A stretch of 64,000 nt of DNA from an uncultured Gemmatimonadales bacterium. Its GTDB lineage: Bacteria; Gemmatimonadota; Gemmatimonadetes; Gemmatimonadales; GWC2-71-9. The stretch covers positions 256,001 through 320,000 of the forward strand of contig CAWJMT010000003.1 of assembly GCA_963844035.1 (NCBI GenBank), given 5' to 3'. The position numbers were made by a program, and so were the translations under genes. Positions 55,847-64,000 of this stretch are shown piece after piece (the stretch's first letter is position 1; each line of letters starts with the position of its first letter). The notes under the pieces are model-generated. The model ran no database searches. It saw only the letters and a list, made by a program, of their open reading frames with translations, and was not told where the DNA came from.

Positions 55847-57304
55847 ATCCGCTTCCGCATGCGGGCCGGCAGGATCCCGAGCTGGTCGCGGTACTTGGCC
55901 ACTGTACGCCGGGCGATCTTCACGCCCTTCTGATCGAACAACTCGACGATCTGCTGGTCGGTGAGCGGGCTCTTGGTGTTCTCGTCCCCGACGAGCTTCT
56001 CGATCTGCGCCTTGATCGACCGGGCGCTGGCATCCTCTCCCGTCGTGGTCGTCAGGCCGCTCGAGAAGAAGAACTTGAGCGGCAGCAGGCCGCGGGGCGT
56101 CTGCACGTATTTCTCGTTGGTCACCCGGCTGACGGTGCTCTCGTGCATGTTGATGACGTCGGCCACCTCGCGGAGCGTGAGCGGCTTCAGGAACTCGACG
56201 CCCTTCTCGAAGAACTCCCGTTGCCGGTCGACGATGAAGTTCATCACCTTGAGCATCGTCTGGCGGCGCTGCTCGATCGCCTGGATCATCCAGTGCGCGC
56301 TGTTCATCCGCTGGTTGATGAACTCCTTGTTCTCGCCCTGAAACTGCTTCTTGTCGCGGGCGATCTCCTGGTAGACCTTGGAGATGCGCAGCCGCGGCAG
56401 GCCGGTGTCGTTCAGGAACACGTGGTACTGGCCGTCGATCTTGTCGACGACCAGGTCGGGGATGATGTAGTGGTCGGTGGCCGCGGCGTGCTGCAGGCCG
56501 GGCTTGGGATCGAGCTTCGCGAGGTCATCGGCCGCGGCCTGGACCTCCGTGGGGGAGAGCCCGAAGCGCTTGGCCAGGTCGCTCCAGCGGTGGGCGATGA
56601 GGTCGTCGAACGCTTCCTTCACCAGACCGGTAGGTCAGCGTCTCGGTGAGCTTGGCGTCCTCGAGCTGGAGCAGCAGGCATTCGCGCAGATCCCGCGCGC
56701 CCACGCCCGGCGGATCGAGCTGCTGAATCACCCGCAGCATCTCCTCGGCCTCGGTGAGCGTGTACGGCTGCACCTCGACGTCGATCTCCGACTCGACGGC
56801 GAACTCCTCGAGCAGCTGGTTGGCGCCGCGCACGATGTCCTCGAGGCCCGCGCCCAGGTAGCCGTCCTCCGCGATGTTCCCGAGGAACTCGTCCGCCAGC
56901 AGGCGTTGGCGCGGGTTCAGGTCCAGCATCTGGACCTGATCCTTCAGGTAGTCGGAGAGATCCTTGGCCTCGACCGGCACCGGATCGACGTATTCCCGCG
57001 CCTCGCTGAAGTCGCGCGGCGCTCCGTCGGCGCCGTTGTCGAGCAGCAGCTTTTCCCAGTCCGGCTCATCGTCGCCCGCGGTCTCGGCCTTCTCCTTTTC
57101 GGCCTTCGCCTCGTCGACCAGCGGGACCTCGGTCTCCTCCTCCGGCTCGACCATTTCGAGGAACGGGTTCCCCAGCAGCTCCTGCTTGAGGTGCTGCTGC
57201 AGGTCGAGCAGCGGCATGTACAGCAGGTCCATCGCCTGATACAGGCGTGGATTGATCCGCAGCTCCTGGCGGAGCGCCGCGTGCTGATGCAGGCCGGTTT
57301 TCAT
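55843..57304 (-). CDS. rpoN: RNA polymerase sigma-54 factor (frame break near 56625)
   Basis: [31 protein letters not shown], RpoN box ARRTVAKYR. Confidence 0.96.
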
Positions 57305-58505
57305 GCGGCGGGCGTGAGTCGCGCGCGCAGGCGCGCCGTGAGGGTGGGGCCGAAGTACAGGTTCGCCACCTGGTTGTCGAACACCAGCTCGCTGCACCGT
57401 GCCGGCGACCTGCACCTTGCCTTCGAACATGATGTACGCGCGATCCACGATGTCCAGCGTTTGCTCGACGTTGTGGTCGGTGATCAGCACGCCGATGCCG
57501 CGGTGGCGCAGCCCGGCGACGATGGTCTGAATGTCGTGCACGGCGATCGGGTCCACGCCGGCGAACGGCTCGTCCAGCAGCATGAATTTCGGCTGGGTGA
57601 CGAGGGCGCGGGTGATTTCGAGCCGGCGCCGCTCACCGCCCGAGAGCTGGTAGGCCTTCTGGCGTCGCAGGTGCGTGATGGTCAGCTCCTCGAGCACGCC
57701 CTCGAGCCGGGCGGTCCGCTCGGCGTCGCTCAAGGGCAGCATCTCGAGGATCGCCAGGACGTTCTCTTCGACGGTCAGCTTGCGGAACACCGACGGCTCC
57801 TGCGCCAGGTAACCGAGGCCGCGCCGTGCGCGCAGGTACATGGGCTCGTGCGTGATGTCCTGGCCGTCCAGGGTGATCTGCCCCTGATCGGCCCGGATCA
57901 GGCCCGTCATCATGTAGAACGTGGTGGTCTTCCCCGCCCCGTTCGGGACCGAGCAGCCCGACGATCTCGCCTTGCTCGAGGTGGATGTTGACGTCGTTGA
58001 CCACCTGGCGGCTCTTGTAGGCCTTCCGGAGGTGCTGCGCGTCGAGCACGCTGGCGCTGCCGCCGACGCGTGCATGGGCGGCGCTGGCCGACTCATCGCG
58101 CACCAGGGCGCGTTTGGCGGCGTCGCGGAACAGCCGGATCAGCTCGTGGCGGTCGTCGGGGATATCGAACCACACGTCCAGCGAGAACGCGACGGGCGCC
58201 TCGCTCCAGAGTCCGCCGACGGGCAGGGTCACGATGTCGAGCTGCGCCAGCCGCGGGAGCACGGAGTTGCCGAGATGGGTGCGCACGTCGTCGCCGGAGA
58301 GCTGCGCGGGGTCCGGGGACCGCGCCCCCATGGTTTCCTGCTGCAGGGTCAGGTAGTCCTCGCGGTAGGCGATCGCCAGCTCCGCGAACGAGGTGCGGCC
58401 GAGCGAGTCCGCGATGCGCGCCAGCGCGGCGACCCCGAGCGTGAGCGACGAGCTGCCCACGGCGAGCAGCTCTGCCAGGCGGGGCGTGAGTGGCCGGGCG
58501 GTCAC
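57301..58505 (-). CDS. lptB: LPS export ABC ATPase LptB with ~150-aa N-terminal extension (frame breaks near 57950 and 57395)
   Basis: [54 protein letters not shown]; extension in frame from GTG 58505. Confidence 0.9.
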
Positions 58506-59869
58506 CGGGTGCCTTTCGGTTTTGTGGCGGGGGCTTTCCCGCCCTTGACGCTGTCACTCGCGGTGCTGTCGGGCGGCGGCGCCGGCGGGATGGGTTCGAG
58601 CTGCACCCCGTCCGCCTGCCCCGTCACCATCACCCGGTCGATCTTGTCCCCCTTCATCGCGACGTCGATCACGGCACCGCGCGAGTAGTTGAGCGAGGGT
58701 GGGGCCGTGGAGTCGCGCTGATTGTGCAGGTGCGTGAAGGCGCGCGCGGAGCCGCGGGCCACCAGGCGGTCGAGGGCCCGCGTCGGACTTGCCCGGCGCG
58801 GCGGTCCCTTGAGTCCAGTGTCCGGTGATCGTGTCGCCGGCGATCCAGTTTTCCTCCGCCGCTCTCGGTCGTGTCCCGCCTGGAGGTCGAGCGTGCGTCG
58901 CGGTAGGCGCGGGCCGCGGTGAGCACCTCGTTGGGGGCGTCGAGCGCGAGCGAGTCCGCCTCAATGGCATGCTGGCTCGACATCGCCTCCGGACGGGACG
59001 AGTCGCCCCAGGCGAACACCTGCTGCAGCTTGCGATTCCCCATCACGAAATGGATGGTGTCCGCGGTGAGCTGCCAATCCGCACCGATCGCCCTCCCCGA
59101 ACCGAGCGCCTTGATGACGCGCACCTCTCGCTGCTGCATCGCGAACTCGATGCGTTTGCCGAGCAGGCGATAGCTGCGAACGCCCTGGCCCCGGACCTGG
59201 GGCTTGCCGATCAACACGGCGATCCCCGCGGTCTCGTTGCGCATCATGGAGTCGGCGCGGGCCGCAAGATCGCTGCGGTCGATCGTGACGTTGCCTCCCG
59301 CCCACATGCGGTCGTTGCCCTTCATCCGCACGCGGTCTCCGACGATGATATAGGGCTCGCTCGAGTCGCCGCTGGGCCGGTAGGTGATGGTGGGGCGCGT
59401 GGTGGCGTACATCTCGGAGGTGTCCCGGATGCCGTGGGCGACCCGGTAGTAGGTCAGGTTGGGGCCGCGGAGCACGGAGCCGCTGGGAAGCGTTGTCGCG
59501 ACGACGTCCTTGTGCGCCTCGAGCCGCTCCTGGCGGACAAAGTACGACGCCGACATCGCGTCGATGGAGAAGGCCGCGTCGCGGATCTCGACCTGACCCA
59601 TCAGGTCGAGGCGCCCCACGCCTGCGAACCAGGCGATGCTGTCCGACGCGAGCGTGCTGGTCGTTCCCTGGCAGTGGGCACGAACGCCGCCGCCCGCGAA
59701 CAGGTTGGTCTCCCCCTTGCGCACTTCGACCTGCCGCCCGGAATGCCCGACCGTATCGATCACGACGTGGCAGGGGCGACCCGCTCCCGTGTCACGGGGC
59801 GGCGGCGGCGCGCGACGGCTTGGCGGCCGGGTGTTGGATCAGGGTGAGGGCGAGCATGGCCAGGATCAT
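58502..59869 (-). CDS. Elongated LptA/OstA-like periplasmic protein (several frame breaks)
   Basis: Signal-like start; repeated beta-jellyroll motifs (LASDSI, ARADSM, LTADTI, IEADSL, IAGDTI); located between lptC and lptB. Confidence 0.72.
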
Positions 59870-60405
59870 TGGTCCGGAAGCGAAAACTGGCCGCCCGTCC
59901 CGGTGGGATGCCGGGCCACGACGTCCTTGAACTCCGGGTCGGAGACGAACCCCTCACCCTCGACGTGGCGGTCGGGGGCGTCGAACACGAAGGGGACGTC
60001 GGATGTGACTTCGTTTTTGGTTTCGCTGTAGTGCAGCGTCGCAGTCTTCAGGGTGCGGCCGTCGGTCGTGACGACGGAGACATTGCCGTGCGCTTCCATA
60101 TCCCCGTTGCGCCAGTTGTACGTTCCCTCGCGCGACGTCAGGGTGGATGACTCCCCGCCATCGAGCTTATAGAACGTGATGTGCACGTTGCGCAGCATGG
60201 CGGTTTGCGTCGGTGAGTAGAAATAGGCGGTGTCGGCGCGTACCCGCGCCCGCTGCACACCCGCTGCCGTGACGTAATGCGACATGCCGATCAGCACCTG
60301 ATCCGCGGTATCGGCCAGCGTCGCGGTCGCCGTCGAGCGGCCTCCATCCCGGCAGGCGAGCACGGCTGCCGCGATCCCCAGCGGCACGAGCAGGCGCCCG
60401 ATCAC
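59866..60405 (-). CDS. lptC: LPS export periplasmic protein LptC
   Basis: AVLAC lipobox-like, RADTA, MEAHGNV, LKTATLHY, GEGFVSD; follows kdsD. Confidence 0.82.
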   Translation of the reverse strand: MIGRLLVPLGIAAAVLACRDGGRSTATATLADTADQVLIGMSHYVTAAGVQRARVRADTAYFYSPTQTAMLRNVHITFYKLDGGESSTLTSREGTYNWRNGDMEAHGNVSVVTTDGRTLKTATLHYSETKNEVTSDVPFVFDAPDRHVEGEGFVSDPEFKDVVARHPTGTGGQFSLPDQ

Positions 60406-61376
60406 GCGGCGCCCGCCTTCATGAGGTCGTGCAGATGCGCCATCCCCACGACGCGCTCCCCGCCGTCCAGCACCGGGAGCGCCATGATCCCGTGCTGCTC
60501 CATCACGCCGATTGCGGTTCCCGCGAGCGTGTCGGGCGTGGTGGTCTTGGGCGCGCGGCTCATGACGTCGGCCACGGGGGTGTCGAGGAAGCGATCGGTG
60601 CGCTCCATCAGCCGGGTCAGGTCACCCGCCGTCACGACGCCCACCAGGGCGCCCTGGTCATCGACGATGGCCACCGTGCCGCGCCGCTTCGCCAGCAGGA
60701 CGACGCACTCCCGCATCGGGCGATCGGTGCGCAGCGTGGGCAGGTCGCGTGTGACCATCACGTCGCCTACGCGGACGAGCAGCTTCCGTCCCAGCGAGCC
60801 GCCCGGGTGGAGCGCGGCAAAGTCATCGCGACGGAATCCCTTGTGCTCGAGCAGCGCGACGGCCAGCGCGTCGCCCAGGGCGAGCGCCGCCGTGGTGCTG
60901 GCGGTGGGGGCCAGCGTCTCCGGGCAGGCTTCTTCGGTGACGGCCGCATCGAGCACCACATCGGCCTGGCGTGCGAGCACCGAGTCCGGCTCGCCGGTAA
61001 TGGCGACGATCGGGACACCGAATCGCTTCAGCTGCTCGATCAGGCCGAACAGCTCGTCCGAGGCTCCGCTTTTCGAGAGCAGTACGGCCGCGTCCTCGCG
61101 CCCGACCACTCCCAGGTCGCCGTGCAGGCTATCGACGGGATGGAGGAACGTCGCGGGCGTGCCGGTCGACGTGAACGTGGCGGCGATCTTGCGGGCGATC
61201 AGGCCGGACTTGCCGAGACCCGACACGATCACGCGTCCCTTGACCCCCGCCAGCAGGCGTAGCGCGGCGGCAAAGCTCGGCCCGAGCCGCTCGGCGACCC
61301 GGCGGATCGCTGCAGCTTCGAGCAGCAGCACCCGCCGCCCACGCTCAACGGGATCCGCGGCTTCGGCCGGTGCCAC
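60402..61376 (-). CDS. kdsD: Arabinose-5-phosphate isomerase (SIS + CBS)
   Basis: GLGKSG, HGDLG, APTASTT, HPGGSLG, CBS pair. Confidence 0.94.
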   Translation of the reverse strand: MAPAEAADPVERGRRVLLLEAAAIRRVAERLGPSFAAALRLLAGVKGRVIVSGLGKSGLIARKIAATFTSTGTPATFLHPVDSLHGDLGVVGREDAAVLLSKSGASDELFGLIEQLKRFGVPIVAITGEPDSVLARQADVVLDAAVTEEACPETLAPTASTTAALALGDALAVALLEHKGFRRDDFAALHPGGSLGRKLLVRVGDVMVTRDLPTLRTDRPMRECVVLLAKRRGTVAIVDDQGALVGVVTAGDLTRLMERTDRFLDTPVADVMSRAPKTTTPDTLAGTAIGVMEQHGIMALPVLDGGERVVGMAHLHDLMKAGAA

Positions 61377-61931
61377 GAGGAGTCTCGAAGTATTGGCGTC
61401 AGGAGCCCCGGCCACTCGCCGCGGGCCTTGAGCAGGCGTTCGGCCACTTCCCGGACGGCGCCCTGCCCGCCCGGGACCGTGGTCACGTACCGGGCGGCTG
61501 CCTTCACTTCACGGGTCGCGTTGGCCGTCGCGATCGGGAGGCCCACCGCCCGCAGCACCGGTATGTCCGCGAGGTCATCGCCGACGTAGGCGCACTCGTC
61601 GAGCGTCACGCCCCGGCGACTCCAGGACCTCAACCAGCGAGGCGAGCTTCTTCTGGGGTGCCACCTGCAACAGGTCATCGACCTCCATCTCCTTCGCGCG
61701 TGCCTCCGTTGCTTCGGACTCGCGGCCGCTGACGAGGACGACCGGGAGGCCCACGGTCCGCAGCAGCTTGACGCCGAGGCCGTCCAGGACGTGAAAGCGC
61801 TTGAACTCGAGCGGATGGTTGGCGACCAGGCCGATGTAGAGGCCGCCGTCGGTGAGCACGCCGTCCACGTCGAGGCCGATCAGCTTGATGCGCTTGGCGA
61901 GCGCGGCGGGGATGGTCCAGGACTTAGGCAC
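61377..61931 (-). CDS. kdsC: KDO 8-phosphate phosphatase (frame break near 61620; 3' end approximate)
   Basis: [29 protein letters not shown]. Confidence 0.92.
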
Positions 61932-62737
61932 GGACGGCCTCCCGGGCGCGCTGCCAGATCTCGAGCGCCATGCTCACGAGCCCCGGGAGCTGGTCCAGCG
62001 GCACCATGTTGGGCCCGTCGCTCGGCGCGTGGTCGGGGTCGGGATGCGTCTCGAGGAAGAAGGCGTCGGCGCCGGCCGCGGCGGCGGCGTACAGGAGCGG
62101 CGGCACGAACTCCCGCAGGCCGCCGCTCGCGCCGTCGGTTCCCTGGCCCGGCTGCTGCACGGAGTGCGTCGCGTCGAACACGACCGGCACGCCGCACGCC
62201 GCGCGCAGCCGCTGGAAGTTGCGCATGTCCACGACCAGATCGCCGTAGCCGAAGAACGTGCCGCGCTCGGTCACCGCGACCTCAGGGCGCCCCGCCTGCG
62301 CGCACCTTCTCGATCGAGCCCGCCATCGCCTCGGCGGACATCCACTGGCCCTTCTTGACGTTGACGGCGCGGTTCGCGCGGCCGGCGGCGACCAGCAGGT
62401 CGGTCTGGCGGCAGAGGAACGCCGGGATCTGCAGCACGTCGGCGGTGCGCGCGGCCGCCGGGACCTGGGCCGCCTCGTGCACGTCGGTGAGGACCGGCAG
62501 TCCGGTGGCGGTCCGCACCCGGTCGAGGGCGGCGAGTCCGCGCTCCAGCCCGGGCCCGCGGGCTCCGGCGAGCCGGGAGCGATTCGCCTTGTCGTAGGAG
62601 GCCTTGAAGATGACGTGCAATCCCAGCTTCGCGCCCAGCTCCGCCAGCGCTTCCGCGACGCGGAGGTTCAGGTCGTCCGATTCGACCACGCAGGGCCCCG
62701 CGATGAGAAACGGGGTTACGGCGAAGTGGTGCGACAC
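61924..62737 (-). CDS. kdsA: KDO 8-phosphate synthase (frame break near 62290)
   Basis: [45 protein letters not shown]. Confidence 0.95.
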
Positions 62738-62739
62738 GC

Positions 62740-64000
62740 TCAGTCGAGCAGGCTCGCGACGCCTGAGGCCTGACGCTGCCGCGTGGCGGCGCGCCGGGGC
62801 GTTCCGGTGGTGCTGGCGGGCCGCCCCGACGAATCCGGCGAACAGGGGGTGCGGCCGCGTCGGCCGGGACTTGAGCTCCGGGTGGAACTGGCAGCCCACG
62901 AACCAGGGATGGTCGGGCAGCTCGATCATCTCGACCAGGGAGCCGTCGGGGGACAGGCCGGAGCACCGCATGCCGAACTCGGCCAGCACGTCGCGATAGG
63001 CGTTGGAGACCTCGTAGCGGTGGCGATGACGCTCGCTCACCTCCGCGCTGCCGTAGATCTGCGCCACGCGCGATCCCGGGCGCAGCTTGCAGGGGTAGGC
63101 GCCGAGCCGCATGGTGCCGCCCATCTCCTGAATGCCTTCCTGCGAGCGCATCAGCGCGATGACCGGGTTCTCGCACTCGGGCTCGAATTCGCTCGAGTTG
63201 GTGTTGGGGATCTTGCAGACGTTGCGCGCGAACTCGACGATCGCGGTCTGCAGGCCGAGACAGATACCGAGGAACGGCAGCTTCTGCTCGCGCGCCCAGC
63301 GGATCGCTTCCACCATGCCTTCCACGCCGCGAATGCCGAAGCCGCCCGGCACGAGCAGCCCGTCGTACGAGGCGAACAGCTCACCGGCGGTCTCCTGATC
63401 GGTGAATCGATCGGAGGAGATCCAGGTGATGTCCACCCCGCACTCGTGGGCGATGCCGCCGTGCACCAGCGCCTCGTGAATGCTCTTGTAGCTGTCCGCG
63501 AGCTCGGTGTACTTCCCCACCACCGCGATCTTGACCCGCTCCTGGGCGTTCATGATCTTGTCCACCATCACCGACCAGGTGCGCAGGTCGGGCTCCTTGG
63601 TCTCGAGCCGCAGCCGGTTGCAGACCTCCTTGTCGAGTCCCTGTTCGTGGAGCTTGAGCGGGATCTCGTAGATGGACGCCACGTCCGGGCTCTCCACCAC
63701 GCAGCCGAAGTCCACGTTGCAGAACAGCGCGATCTTGCGCTTGATCTCTTCGGACAGGGGCCGCTCGGTGCGGCACACCAAGACGTCGGGCTGAATTCCG
63801 ATCTCCATCAGCTCCCGCACCGAGTGCTGCGTCGGCTTGGTCTTGAGCTCGGCAGTGGCGGCGATGTAGGGGACGAGGGTGAGGTGGATGAACAGCGTGT
63901 TGTCGCGGCCGACTTCCTGGCGGAACTGCCGGATCGCCTCGAGGAACGGCAGCGACTCGATGTCGCCGACGGTGCCGCCGATCTCGGTGATGACCACGTC
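62740..64000 (-). CDS. pyrG: CTP synthase (5' truncated by window; probable indel near 3' end)
   Basis: EIGGTVGDIES, KTKPTQHS, VPGGFG, GICLG, GGTMRLG, RHRHRYE, QFHPE. Confidence 0.97.

Noticed and set aside
56525..58096. LptB-RpoN fusion ORF
   Set aside because: An indel near 57395 shifts the frame; lptB ends at 57301 with an ATGA overlap to rpoN.
62282..63997. Apparent PyrG-KdsA fusion ORF
   Set aside because: An alternate frame ends VASLLD-TGA at 62740, just before the kdsA GTG at 62737; a single indel in the pyrG tail explains it. Not excluded without reads.

Overview
GC-rich diderm bacterial chromosome segment. Gene content and order (lolC/E-lolD-mcsA-mcsB-clpC-bamA-skp-lpx cluster, fused lpxC-fabZ, bshC, PorV-like barrel) suggest Gemmatimonadota; this is an inference. 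About 60 mostly housekeeping genes are present, plus tRNA-Gly(CCC) and tRNA-Arg(CCT). Genes run on + up to 47901 and almost all on - from 47989. A 28-bp XerCD dif site lies at that switch (47932-47959), so the window probably spans the replication terminus. Many conserved or essential genes carry single-base frame breaks that look like long-read indel errors; the prfB CTT-TGA-C shift is a genuine programmed frameshift. The most unusual items are: an LptB ATPase with a ~150-aa N-terminal extra domain next to an elongated LptA; a ctsR-less McsA/McsB/ClpC module overlapping genes of the outer-membrane biogenesis operon; a GnnA-like gene between lpxA and lpxB; a YfhO/polyprenol-P-sugar/flippase glycosylation cluster; a pseudo-receiver diguanylate cyclase paired with a zinc-ribbon protein; and short G-rich tandem repeats at gene junctions. 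No CRISPR array, rRNA or transposase was seen. All family calls come from motif recognition, not database searches.
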